DNA of 24,331 nt, taken from Clostridia bacterium (lineage in GTDB: Bacteria > Bacillota > Clostridia > UMGS1883). The notes beneath the pieces are model-generated. The model was not told the origin of the DNA. It saw nothing but the letters and a program-made list of their open reading frames with translations, and ran no database searches. Of this stretch, positions 1 through 9,342 are shown piece by piece. The position numbers and the translations under genes are program-made. Every line of letters begins with the position of its first letter. Within the stretch, counting starts at the first letter, position 1. The stretch is taken from positions 1 through 24,331 of the forward strand of contig JBJDXJ010000061.1 in the NCBI GenBank assembly GCA_051866635.1, read 5' to 3'.

Positions 1-10
1 CACAAAAACA

Positions 11-54
11 GGGCTGTAGTCAACCCGATTTAAAAAATCGTTTTGCTACAGCCC
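11..54. terminator. Stem-loop, probable bidirectional intrinsic terminator downstream of the alarmone synthetase gene
   Basis: GGGCTGTAG (11-19) pairs with CTACAGCCC (46-54); inner CGATTT/AAATCG; A-run before and T-run after. Confidence 0.5.
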
Positions 55-121
55 CATTTTTAGGGTCAATCCCTCATTTTGTGTAAACTTTGGGGGCCAC
101 TTCGTTTGCCATACATTCTTC

Positions 122-769
122 TTATTCGCTTAATTCCAACACATCGTTATTTTCCATCATATCCCTTATCCGCATCATGGAATAATCAATCTTAAGCATC
201 TCATCTGCACATTTTTTAAGCAGTTCAATTTGCTTTGCATCGCTCAAATCATTATTTTTATACCTTAGCTGATGCTCTGCACTTGCCCAGGAATTCATAA
301 CCATGCTTCTTATCTGTATTTCGCACTTGACAAAATGTGTTTCCCCTTTATATACGATAGGTGTACGTATAATCAAATGATAACTTCTGTATCCGTTTTC
401 CTTTGGATTTTTAATATAATCCTTTACTTCGCATACCTCAATATCGCTATGTGCCGATAATTTTTCCGCCATGGTGTACACATCGTCAATATAGGGGCAG
501 ATAATCCTTATCCCTGCCGCATCGTTAACATTTATTATGGCAGACTCACCTGTTGCGGGAAAGCCCTTTTTTTCAAGCTTTGCTTTCATGCTCTCCGGAT
601 TTTTTATTCTGTAACGCACATTGTCAGAAAGTTTTCTTTGTCCGTTCAGTTCTCTCTTTTTCTCAATCTCACTTATTCTGTCAAGCATTTTTTCAATAAC
701 CGCTTCAAGATATAACAAATTCTCTCTGTAAAAATCATAGTAAATACTGTTAGTGGCTTCTTTTAGCAT
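122..769 (-). CDS. Small alarmone synthetase / GTP pyrophosphokinase (RelA/SpoT synthetase domain only, YwaC/YjbM-like)
   Basis: 215 aa with synthetase motifs RIKxxES, DAAGIRI, NGYRSYH and EIQIRS...WASAEH; AAGGGGG SD upstream. Confidence 0.9.
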   Translation of the reverse strand: MLKEATNSIYYDFYRENLLYLEAVIEKMLDRISEIEKKRELNGQRKLSDNVRYRIKNPESMKAKLEKKGFPATGESAIINVNDAAGIRIICPYIDDVYTMAEKLSAHSDIEVCEVKDYIKNPKENGYRSYHLIIRTPIVYKGETHFVKCEIQIRSMVMNSWASAEHQLRYKNNDLSDAKQIELLKKCADEMLKIDYSMMRIRDMMENNDVLELSE

Positions 770-884
770 TTCCCATCCCCCTTAAAATTCCAAACATTTC
801 ATTATATTCACCACTTCAGGTATATATTACAATTAATTTTTGAACTTAATAAATTTTAATTATAAACAATCTATAAATAAACCT

Positions 885-932
885 AAAAACGGTAATCACA
901 AAAACATTCAAGTTCCTGTAACTACCGTTTTT
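885..932 (-). terminator. Intrinsic terminator after glutamine synthetase
   Basis: Minus-strand ACGGTAGTTACAGGAAC/GTTTTTGTGATTACCGT pairs fully using G:U wobbles and is followed by a U-tract; the wobbles fix the strand as minus. Confidence 0.8.
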
Positions 933-941
933 CCACTTTAA

Positions 942-3035
942 TTAATAGAAAAGTATATCAGCATATGTGGGCATGGGCCAGTAATCCTTACTTACCAAAG
1001 GTTCAATACTGTCTGCATATTCTCTCAATTCCTCCGCCAAGGGAAGCACCACGTTATGCATATAATTTGCCCCGTCTATAATATTCATAGCTTCTGCTTT
1101 TTCGATTTCCAACTCAAACCTTGCAGTAACTGCATAAAGTCTGTCAAACAAGGGCTTTATTCTATAAATAATGTCCTTTTCAACAACAGCCTCCAAGCCT
1201 AACTGATTCATTCCGTTTACTGCCGTTGCAAGATACTTAAGGTATTCACTAACCGCCGGGATGATTTCCTGCCTTGCCATATCCAGCATAGTGAGACATT
1301 CGTAGTTATTTACCTTAAAGTATTTTTCCATTCTTATTTCATAACGGCTCTCAAGCTCTGCACGTGTATAAACGCCCATTTCTTCAAACATTTTAACGCT
1401 TTCTTCCTTTGTGAACTCACCGAAAGCATCAATTGAATCCTTAAGATTGGGAAGCCCTCTTCTCTCTGCTTCCTTCGCCCATTCTTCGCTGTAGCCGTTA
1501 CCGTTAAACACAATTTTGGGATAATGCTTCTTAAATATTTCTCTTACAACATCGAAAGCTTCTTCCCTTGGTTTTTCAGCCTTTTCAAGCTTTTCTGCAA
1601 TACCTTTTAAACTTGATGCCACAATAGCGTTGATAACAGTATTTGGTCCCGCAATAGATGCAGAAGAACCAACTGTTCTGAACTCAAATTTATTACCTGT
1701 AAATGCAAAGGGGCTTGTTCTGTTACGGTCAGTATCATCCTTCTTGAACTTTGTAAGGGTAGATGCACCAAGATTTACGGTGCCGCAATCTAAGCTTACA
1801 TCTTCATTTCCGTTTATTATACTTTCCACAACCTTATCTAAGGCATCGCCCAAAAACATTGATATAATACAAGGGGGTGCTTCATGGCCGCCTAAGCGGT
1901 GGTCATTGGAGGCATTTGCCGCAGAAGCACGCAAAAGTCCTCCGTGAATAGATACAGCTTCCATTGTAGCCGCCAAAAATACTAAAAATTCAATATTATG
2001 TACAGGGTCCTTCCCCGGCTTAAGCAAGTTTTTGCCGGAATCTGTGCTTACAGCCCAGTTATTATGCTTACCTGAACCGTTAAGCCCCTTAAAGGGCTTT
2101 TCGTGCAAAAGACAAACAAGTCCGTAATGCTCGGCACACTTTTTAAGTGTTTCCATTACCATATGGTTCGAATCAACCGCAATATTTGCAGTTGTATACA
2201 CACATGCCAGTTCATGCTGGCAGGGTGCAACCTCGTTATGCTTAGTCTTGGCAAAAATGCCCATCTTATAAAGCTCTCGGTCAACCTCTTTCATAAAGCA
2301 GGCAACATTTTCACGTAAAGAGCCGTAATATGCATCGTCCATTTCCTGTCCCTTTGGTGCAGGTGCACCGAAAAGGGTTCTGCCTGTAATCTTTATGTCT
2401 TTTCTCTGTTCCACATGTTCCTTTGAAACAAGGAAATATTCCTGTTCAGGACCAACCGTTGCAATAACCTTTTTTGTCTTTGTATCGCCAAGAACACGAA
2501 GCACCCTGATTGCTTCCTTTTCCAAAGCGTCGCAAGAACGAAGAAGTGGTGTCTTTTTGTCCAACGCTTCTCCTGTATATGAACAGAAGGCCGTGGGAAT
2601 ACAAAGTGTCACACCGGAAGCATCCTCTTTCAAAAACACAGGGGATGTTATATCCCATGTTGTGTAGCCTCTGGCTTCAAAGGTAGCTCTTATACCACCT
2701 GACGGAAAGCTTGATGCATCGCTTTCACCTTTTATAAGCTGGTCACCTGTAAATTCCATAATAGCTTTTCCCGTTTTAGGGTCGGGATTTATAAAAGCAT
2801 CGTGTTTTTCCGCTGTCAGCCCTGTAAGCGGCATAAAAATATGGGTATAATGTGTGGCACCCTTACTCATCGCCCATTTTTTCATAGCTTCCGCTATTTC
2901 GTCGGCAACTTCTTTATTTAAAGGACCACCCTTTTTAAATTCAGCATAAGTCTTTTCCGAAAGCATTTCACGCATAACATCATCAGAAAACACATTACAG
3001 CCGAAATACTCAGATAAAGGTTTTTCGTTAGACAT
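942..3035 (-). CDS. glnN: Glutamine synthetase type III
   Basis: GSIII motifs GATHYTHIFMPLTG, AEKHDAF, DASSFPSGG, GPEQEYF, HNEVAPCQHE, NGSGKHNNW, DRNRTSPFAFTGNKFEFR. Start moved to ATG 3035, 7 nt after GGAGG. Confidence 0.95.
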   Translation of the reverse strand: MSNEKPLSEYFGCNVFSDDVMREMLSEKTYAEFKKGGPLNKEVADEIAEAMKKWAMSKGATHYTHIFMPLTGLTAEKHDAFINPDPKTGKAIMEFTGDQLIKGESDASSFPSGGIRATFEARGYTTWDITSPVFLKEDASGVTLCIPTAFCSYTGEALDKKTPLLRSCDALEKEAIRVLRVLGDTKTKKVIATVGPEQEYFLVSKEHVEQRKDIKITGRTLFGAPAPKGQEMDDAYYGSLRENVACFMKEVDRELYKMGIFAKTKHNEVAPCQHELACVYTTANIAVDSNHMVMETLKKCAEHYGLVCLLHEKPFKGLNGSGKHNNWAVSTDSGKNLLKPGKDPVHNIEFLVFLAATMEAVSIHGGLLRASAANASNDHRLGGHEAPPCIISMFLGDALDKVVESIINGNEDVSLDCGTVNLGASTLTKFKKDDTDRNRTSPFAFTGNKFEFRTVGSSASIAGPNTVINAIVASSLKGIAEKLEKAEKPREEAFDVVREIFKKHYPKIVFNGNGYSEEWAKEAERRGLPNLKDSIDAFGEFTKEESVKMFEEMGVYTRAELESRYEIRMEKYFKVNNYECLTMLDMARQEIIPAVSEYLKYLATAVNGMNQLGLEAVVEKDIIYRIKPLFDRLYAVTARFELEIEKAEAMNIIDGANYMHNVVLPLAEELREYADSIEPLVSKDYWPMPTYADILFY

Positions 3036-3160
3036 GCAAAGTCCTCCAATCCTCACTATTCATATAAATATCTATCCTATATTTAATCACATTTCCCATC
3101 TAAAATCAAGTTGAATTTTCCACAAACTATCATATTCTTTCCTTTACCTTTTTATAACGC

Positions 3161-3190
3161 AAAAATACGGGCTGTTTTGCCCGTATTTTT
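3161..3190. terminator. Intrinsic terminator after the lectin/peptidase gene (bidirectional form)
   Basis: AAAAATACGGGC-TGTTTT-GCCCGTATTTTT perfect inverted repeat. Confidence 0.85.
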
Positions 3191-3210
3191 CGTTATTTTT
3201 GTATTCTCAT

Positions 3211-5307
3211 TTATTCAGCTTTTACAAGCTTCCACCTTACATAGCCCATACTTTCATCACCCTGACAGAAGCCGTCTTTGCTCTTTGTCAGTGAAAGTCC
3301 GCTGTGTCTCACTTTAAGTGTATAGGTGCTGTCGCCGTTATTTTCAAGCATAAAGTGCTGATTTGTTCCGCCTGTCACAGAGTAAAGTATTGCACTTGCA
3401 CCCTTTTCAACACTGTTACCTGAAATATCAAACACCTTGCCTGTTTCCTTGTGCTTAATAAGGAACAAATTCTTGTCAACAGGCACAAAATTCCATAAGT
3501 CGCCATCATTTGAAAGTGTTATTCCCACACCTTCTTCAAAACCAAGCTCTTCTTTTGTAACTTCAAGAACAATTTTATAATCTCCTCTATAGAAGATTTC
3601 TTCCACTTCATCAACTTCAAGAATTAAATCTCCTGACAATGAAGCTGTCATGTCCTCATTAATTGTAAAGCCTGTAGCACTTTCCACTATCTTATAACCT
3701 TCATCGCCGCTCTTTAAGCCTATTGAAGTACCATCACCTAACGTAAGAATTGAATTGTCCAATGTCAAATATCTGCCTGTAGCCTTGTTACGGACAATAC
3801 TGCTTCCTGCCTTGCGGCTGTAAATCTCCCAAGTGTACCAATCGGATGCGGCACTACTCATATCTGTAAATATAATCTTTCCGTCAACATCTCTCATGTA
3901 CTTACCGTCACGACTGAAGGTTACGCACACGCTCTTGTCATAATCGCCTGTAGCCTGCTCAATTTTTTCGTACTCATCCTTATATTCATCGTAAAATTCG
4001 CTATCCACCGCATACAAAAGAGCCTTGTATGCCACGGTTCTTGCAGGGTATGTATTTTCAATAGCTTCAATTCTCGACTCATCGCCCTTTGCAAGAAGGT
4101 AAAGTCTTGAAAATTCAGCCAAATCCTCCCAACGGTTTGTTTTGCCGTAGCCTGTCACAGGCACCATATCCTGTGCAATTGCTCTGTACCACACATCGTT
4201 ATCCTGTCTGCCGTTATCCATTACATGTCCTAATTCGTGGGCAAACATCTGCACCATGTTGTTAACATCACCGCGGTAACCTGTGTTATTCCAGATTGTG
4301 CCGTCACCGCCATTCCAGCTTGCAGTATTCATGCTTGTGTATATAAATCTCCAAAGTGACTTTGCAACAGGCATTTCAAAGCAAGCCACCGCTTCACCTA
4401 CAACTGCCGCATATTCTTCGTCATTGTCGTAAGGAGAATAATACAAGAATACATGTGAATCCCCATTTTCAGTATCTGTAATTGTAACGTCATAACGTCT
4501 TGCTTCTTCTTCTGGAATACCGTGCCAGCTCTGCCATATATTTTCTTCTATACCCACATATTCAACTTTTATATCACGCTTAAGCTTTGTAGCCATAGAA
4601 CCGTACATAAGGCTTGTGGGTTCCACAGTAAAACATTCTTCAACAAAAGCTACCTGTTCGTCATAAGAAAGATTGAAATAATCTCTCTCATCAATCATTT
4701 TTTCAACCTTATCATAAGTTAAAAGGTTAAATTCACCACTGGAGAGCAAAAAGTCACAAAGTCTGCCGTAACGGTATTCGCTAAGGCTTTTTGCTGCATC
4801 ACTCTCAAGCATTTTTTCAACAACAGGTTCGTATTTATCAACAACATCAATCTTCCAGAGCTGATTTTTTTCTTCGTCCTTTACTTCCTGGGTAATAACC
4901 CCTTCACTTTCAGTCATGTAAAGGTCTGAAAATACGGACTTAATGTAATAATAACCATCCTCCGCTTCTTCTATCATCCAACGCTGATTATTTGCACCTG
5001 TGCTTGTCCACTGAATAATTGTAACACCTTCAGCCTTTGATGCACCGTTTACGTCAGCAGCCAAATCGCCTTCACCTATAAAAGCATAACTTCCGCCAAG
5101 GAAAGCCTTTAACCTCCAAGTTCCATCTTCTTCCCCCACCGTGAGAGCATTACCTCTTTCATTGCCGGAAGGAATAAGATATCCGTTTACGTTTTCAATA
5201 GTGCAGATTGTATTTTTCAAATCTGCCTCCTGTGCACTTATGGGAAGTGCCATGCACACAGACAAAGATAGTGCCAAGGCTAAAATAATGGACAAACATT
5301 TTTTCAT
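3211..5307 (-). CDS. Secreted protein: ricin-B (CBM13-like) lectin domains flanking a zinc metallopeptidase domain
   Basis: Signal peptide MKKCLSIILALALSLSVCMALPISA; ricin QxW repeats (IIQW..GANNQRW, NQLWK; C-terminal GGTNQHF); central AHELGH with downstream YGKTNRWEDLAE. Confidence 0.75.
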   Translation of the reverse strand: MKKCLSIILALALSLSVCMALPISAQEADLKNTICTIENVNGYLIPSGNERGNALTVGEEDGTWRLKAFLGGSYAFIGEGDLAADVNGASKAEGVTIIQWTSTGANNQRWMIEEAEDGYYYIKSVFSDLYMTESEGVITQEVKDEEKNQLWKIDVVDKYEPVVEKMLESDAAKSLSEYRYGRLCDFLLSSGEFNLLTYDKVEKMIDERDYFNLSYDEQVAFVEECFTVEPTSLMYGSMATKLKRDIKVEYVGIEENIWQSWHGIPEEEARRYDVTITDTENGDSHVFLYYSPYDNDEEYAAVVGEAVACFEMPVAKSLWRFIYTSMNTASWNGGDGTIWNNTGYRGDVNNMVQMFAHELGHVMDNGRQDNDVWYRAIAQDMVPVTGYGKTNRWEDLAEFSRLYLLAKGDESRIEAIENTYPARTVAYKALLYAVDSEFYDEYKDEYEKIEQATGDYDKSVCVTFSRDGKYMRDVDGKIIFTDMSSAASDWYTWEIYSRKAGSSIVRNKATGRYLTLDNSILTLGDGTSIGLKSGDEGYKIVESATGFTINEDMTASLSGDLILEVDEVEEIFYRGDYKIVLEVTKEELGFEEGVGITLSNDGDLWNFVPVDKNLFLIKHKETGKVFDISGNSVEKGASAILYSVTGGTNQHFMLENNGDSTYTLKVRHSGLSLTKSKDGFCQGDESMGYVRWKLVKAE

Positions 5308-5343
5308 AATTTCATAACTCCTTGCATTTTATATGTTACTTTA

Positions 5344-5372
5344 ATTTTATAATTGCAGAATTTATTTGTCAA
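5344..5372 (-). promoter_or_regulatory. SigA-type promoter of the lectin/peptidase gene
   Basis: TTGACA (5372-5367), 17 nt, TAAAAT (5349-5344); AAGGAG SD downstream. Confidence 0.8.
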
Positions 5373-5380
5373 CATAAAAA

Positions 5381-5812
5381 TTACAATTCATCTACAAACT
5401 CATATTTAACATCCATATTACAAGGAATAGCCGCCCTTACCTTCCACTTATCAAAATTTGGTTCTTCAAGGGTAGTTCTAAAGGTAAAGGTCATGGTTTC
5501 TCTGTCGTAGGAAAGGTCAAATCTCCTTTCTTCAAACCAACAAGTGAGAATACTTTTCATTACACTTAAAGTCAGAACATAATGTCGTTGCAAATACCTT
5601 TTAACTGCTATACTACGGTCAATGCTTGAATAATCATTAACCATATCGTTCCATTTAGTTTCACTGACACTGTCAAGATATATTTCACTTAACATATCCC
5701 TTATATCACCCATAAATATATCTATTAATTGCTGCTGAACATTTGCAATGGTCTGTATTTCTTTAAACTCCCTAAGATAATCAGGATAATTTTCAAGAAT
5801 TGTCCTTTTCAT
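5381..5812 (-). CDS. Baseplate wedge protein (XkdU/DUF2313-like), short
   Basis: Follows and overlaps the baseplate J gene; N-terminal YPDYLREFKEIQ and C-terminal AIPCNM resemble this family. Confidence 0.65.
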   Translation of the reverse strand: MKRTILENYPDYLREFKEIQTIANVQQQLIDIFMGDIRDMLSEIYLDSVSETKWNDMVNDYSSIDRSIAVKRYLQRHYVLTLSVMKSILTCWFEERRFDLSYDRETMTFTFRTTLEEPNFDKWKVRAAIPCNMDVKYEFVDEL

Positions 5813-6842
5813 TTATCGTCACACCACCCACCAGTTGATTTTCCTTCAATGTAATGCGATTTGGTTCACCGTTAATGGAAATAACGTTAACATCCGTTGC
5901 TCCCAATCCGAAGAAGTAATCTTCAATCACTCTGTCCCTTAAAACAATCCTGTCTTGTTTATCCCATGTTTTATTAAGTTCTTTTAAAATCACAGGCAAG
6001 TAGGTTCTTGCCTGTCTGAGATACCCTTTTGTCTTACTTGCAGGCTCCAACTCCAGAACAATGTCAATATCAACCATTTCAACGGATTCCACCGTAACGC
6101 TGTGTCCTATGGGCAAAAGTCCTGTCCCCTGACCGCTTGTTTCTTCAGGGTCCAAAGTCTCCTTCACATATTTAACCAGTTCATCAGGTGCAACAGAGTA
6201 GTCAGAGCTTGTAATAATAACCTTTACCGTACCTATCCCGTCTGCTACAGGGACAACCCTTATGCCTCCCACATTGGCAAATGACTTTATAGCATTGCGG
6301 TAATAGGCAATGTTTGCCGCACACACAGGATTGCGTAATTGTTCTATATATCTTTCCCTGAAAGTATCATCATCCTCAACATCTTCACCCGGTGAAATAA
6401 TCTTTGTAATACTCATGATAGCACTGCTTTTATCAACCTTCGCCATTACCTCTCCTATATATTCATTTCCCTTAATACCGGGGGTCTGGCACTCCGCAAG
6501 GTAGTAATCGTCATTAACGCTTATAACCACATACTCACAATCCGATGTATAAAAAACATCTCCCTCATTATAGCCTGTATCCCCCTCAATTCTCACAATA
6601 GCTTTTGTGGCAGCTTTTCTTTCAACCCCAAGTATTGCGGCAGCCTTGTCCATATATGTTCCGGATGCAGTAATAACAAAAGCATTATTCTCTACCTCTT
6701 TAACATTAGAATAAGCATCGGCTAAAGCAGCAGCAAAGGCTGATGTTGTTATATATGCAAGGGAGCCTTCTCTTTTGTCTATATCGTCCCCCATTCGGTA
6801 AAAACAAATTCTCATTATGTCATCATAAGTCCTGGCCTTCAT
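5793..6842 (-). CDS. Baseplate J-like protein (XkdT/gp47 family)
   Basis: IDKREGS, TASGTYMD, GEDVEDDDTFRERY, GIGTVKVII, GLLPIGHSVTV; position in the tail module. Confidence 0.9.
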   Translation of the reverse strand: MKARTYDDIMRICFYRMGDDIDKREGSLAYITTSAFAAALADAYSNVKEVENNAFVITASGTYMDKAAAILGVERKAATKAIVRIEGDTGYNEGDVFYTSDCEYVVISVNDDYYLAECQTPGIKGNEYIGEVMAKVDKSSAIMSITKIISPGEDVEDDDTFRERYIEQLRNPVCAANIAYYRNAIKSFANVGGIRVVPVADGIGTVKVIITSSDYSVAPDELVKYVKETLDPEETSGQGTGLLPIGHSVTVESVEMVDIDIVLELEPASKTKGYLRQARTYLPVILKELNKTWDKQDRIVLRDRVIEDYFFGLGATDVNVISINGEPNRITLKENQLVGGVTINEKDNS

Positions 6843-7235
6843 TTACGCCACCTCCGTTTCGTAATCTATAGTTCCGTAAATAGACGACACCTTAAACTTA
6901 ACAGCTATTTTCTTTCCAATCCTACTGAACTCAAAATCTGAAATTGACAGAATTCTGTCATCGCACAGCAGGCTGTCTTCTATGGCATTTTTAATTTTCC
7001 CCATAGCCTTCATATACCCACCATCCAAAGCATCATTGTAATCTGTTCCGAAGGAATGGGGAAAAATCGGATAGCGATATCTTTCAGTTAAAAGTGCAAT
7101 ACAAATTGCCTGCTTTAAAGCATCAACTCCCTCAATCATGCCCCCTATACACTTTTTGTCAAAATCTATTTTAAAATCCTTATCGGGCAGTCTTTCCGTA
7201 CTGCCCATGTATGTCATACTTGTTTTAGGTAACAT
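6843..7235 (-). CDS. Baseplate / sheath-initiator protein (XkdS/DUF2634-like)
   Basis: GVDALKQAI..L.TERYRYPIF..SFG and L.DDRI.SISDFEF; sits just upstream of baseplate J. Confidence 0.85.
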   Translation of the reverse strand: MLPKTSMTYMGSTERLPDKDFKIDFDKKCIGGMIEGVDALKQAICIALLTERYRYPIFPHSFGTDYNDALDGGYMKAMGKIKNAIEDSLLCDDRILSISDFEFSRIGKKIAVKFKVSSIYGTIDYETEVA

Positions 7236-7248
7236 ATTTCAACTCCTG

Positions 7249-7548
7249 TCACAGTTTTGCAAAAGCAATATAACCTTCTCCGCCCTTTTGCCTTAGTAAA
7301 ACAACACCATCCCCGACTTTAAGCCCCTCTTGTATAACGATTGTTCTTTCATACATCCCTATGCTTATGTTACATTCTCTGTATAAAAGGTTATCAGTCA
7401 CACTAAGGAGTTCTTCGTCTAAAATAAGCTGTCCCACTTCTATTTTTACAGGCTCAACGCTTACAACAGTGCCAAATAAAACTTCGCAAGGCATTGATGC
7501 TTCATAAGCTTTCATGGCACATTCTTTTACCGCATCTGCTATATTCAA
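7249..7548 (-). CDS. Baseplate spike-region protein (XkdR/DUF2577-like)
   Basis: FGTVVSVEPVKI and GLKVGDGVVLLRQKGGEGY; synteny. Confidence 0.85.
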   Translation of the reverse strand: MNIADAVKECAMKAYEASMPCEVLFGTVVSVEPVKIEVGQLILDEELLSVTDNLLYRECNISIGMYERTIVIQEGLKVGDGVVLLRQKGGEGYIAFAKL

Positions 7549-8546
7549 TCCAGATTCCTCCCGTCTAAATAAAGGTTTGTCTTATAGAGGTTATTTTCAA
7601 ATATATGCATCGCCTTTTTTACCCGCATATACCCATCCAACGCTAAATCCCCCATACTGAGCCTTACATAAACAGAACTTCCCGGAATTAACTTAGAATT
7701 ACCACGAACCCCCATCAGAACAATTTCACGGTTTATGTGGTTATATTCATCAAGCATGTTCTTAACTATGGATGTATTGTAGTTTCCGCCATCTAATCTC
7801 TTGGATAAAACCAGCGTCCCCCATTTGTTCATGCTTTCTTCATCACTATCTTCCATAATAATAACAGCACCCATTCTTGATGAATTAACATATAACTGTA
7901 TTTTGTTATACACCCCGCTGTCAATTGTATCGGTGTAAACATAGTTTTCAGCCTGTGATGCGTCTATTAAAACATCAGTTACAAGATTATCCTCATTTTT
8001 TAAGGCCAAATATCCGAAATCGTCAAAAACGATATATCTTTCCCCGCTGTTTTTCCTCACATCGTTACACCCCTTTGCCACAACATCCAAAAGAGAAACA
8101 GACTGGCTTGCCATTGGAGAAAGCATCACCTTACACGGGTCAACATCACCTATATTCAAATCGTTCTTTTTTGCAATTGTACGCACAGTTTCTTCAAGGC
8201 TCATAAACCCTCTCTGATAGCACACCTTGTTTTTCATATATCTCATCTGGTCATATGCCACCACGTCAATAAGCCCGTCTTTATCACGGCTTTTTGAAAA
8301 AACATACCCAAAAAAAATCCCTTCCGAACCGAACTTAACACTTACAGCATCCCCTTGGTTGAAGCTTACAACATTATCCTTCAAAACCGTGAACTTAAAT
8401 TTTGACGCACAAAATTCTTCTTTTTCCACAGTGGCTTTCCCCACCAACACAACTGAGTAAACCTTAAGATTGCTCTTTATATAAACCTTAAGCTTTTCTT
8501 CCCCGTTTTCCACCAAAAATACTTCTCTGCTTTTTGTATTATCCAT
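7545..8546 (-). CDS. Baseplate hub protein (XkdQ/YqbQ-like)
   Basis: IFFGYVFSK, VAYDQMRYMKNK, YIVFDDFGYL, YNKIQL, KWGTL; synteny. Confidence 0.85.
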   Translation of the reverse strand: MDNTKSREVFLVENGEEKLKVYIKSNLKVYSVVLVGKATVEKEEFCASKFKFTVLKDNVVSFNQGDAVSVKFGSEGIFFGYVFSKSRDKDGLIDVVAYDQMRYMKNKVCYQRGFMSLEETVRTIAKKNDLNIGDVDPCKVMLSPMASQSVSLLDVVAKGCNDVRKNSGERYIVFDDFGYLALKNEDNLVTDVLIDASQAENYVYTDTIDSGVYNKIQLYVNSSRMGAVIIMEDSDEESMNKWGTLVLSKRLDGGNYNTSIVKNMLDEYNHINREIVLMGVRGNSKLIPGSSVYVRLSMGDLALDGYMRVKKAMHIFENNLYKTNLYLDGRNLD

Positions 8547-8549
8547 AGC

Positions 8550-9185
8550 TTACTCCCTTAACCTCAACACATCTCCGGGATTAATATCATAGGGCGGTTT
8601 AATGGAATTAAGGTTTGCAATATATGTATATTTCTCCCCATCGTCAAAAAACCTCTTGGCAATAATCCATAAAGTATCTCCTTGTACCACCGTATACGTA
8701 TAAGGCACCTCAAGGGTACTGTTTCTCTCAGAGTAGCGTGCAATATTTTCCTCTGATGCAAATTTTGTCTCCACATTTCTGTATTCCGTAAGAACAACCT
8801 TTGCTTTCATATCCATCCCGTTTTCCGCATCTTCAGTTATTGAAATCTCATCCACAACGACCAACATATTTGTAAGATATGTTTTATTTATATCAGGAAA
8901 AGTACGGTAAACATCAAACCATACCGGCTCATTTTTTGCGGCAATAGCGTTTAATGCATCTACAAATTCGGTACCGTCTATAAACTTTTCCTCGTACCGT
9001 GCAAAGGGATATTCACTCATGGGAAGAAGAAGTTCAAAGCTTATCTTCTTAAGACCTTTTCCTCCCACATCCACAACAAAGCTTCCGTCTACAAGATTGT
9101 ATGTTTTATTACTGTTTTTCGTTTCCATCACTATTTTTTCCGGAGCCACGGGAAACAGTACATGGTCAAGATAAAGCATATACAT
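8550..9185 (-). CDS. LysM-domain tail tube initiator (XkdP-like)
   Basis: N-terminal LFPVAPEKI; C-terminal LysM YTVVQGDTLWIIAKRF..INPGDVLRL. Start moved to ATG 9185 after AAGGAG. Confidence 0.9.
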   Translation of the reverse strand: MYMLYLDHVLFPVAPEKIVMETKNSNKTYNLVDGSFVVDVGGKGLKKISFELLLPMSEYPFARYEEKFIDGTEFVDALNAIAAKNEPVWFDVYRTFPDINKTYLTNMLVVVDEISITEDAENGMDMKAKVVLTEYRNVETKFASEENIARYSERNSTLEVPYTYTVVQGDTLWIIAKRFFDDGEKYTYIANLNSIKPPYDINPGDVLRLRE

Positions 9186-9186
9186 T

Positions 9187-9342
9187 TTATTTATTCTCCT
9201 TCCCATCAAGGTAAATATCGATTGCCGCAATTATGAAAGCCTTTTCATTTTTATCCATCAAGGCAAACTGCATAGGCAAAATTTTAAGATTGTGAAGGCA
9301 CCAGTATGCGTAAAGTGCATCACCGTCGCCTTCACTTATCAG
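9187..9342 (-). CDS. -1 frameshift extension (gpT-like) of the tail assembly chaperone, 51 codons
   Basis: Slippery A-AAA-AAC (9348-9342) just before the TGA; the -1 frame reads LISEGDGDALYAYWCLHNLKILPMQFALMDKNEKAFIIAAIDIYLDGKENK*. Confidence 0.8.
   Translation of the reverse strand: MISEGDGDALYAYWCLHNLKILPMQFALMDKNEKAFIIAAIDIYLDGKENK

Noticed and set aside
122-769. Toxic small alarmone synthetase (toxSAS) anti-phage module
   Set aside because: It looks like a housekeeping YwaC/YjbM-type enzyme, and no adjacent antitoxin ORF is visible in the window.
3211-5307. Lectin protein as the actual tail fibre
   Set aside because: A Sec signal peptide and its own SigA promoter argue against a virion protein assembled in the cytoplasm.
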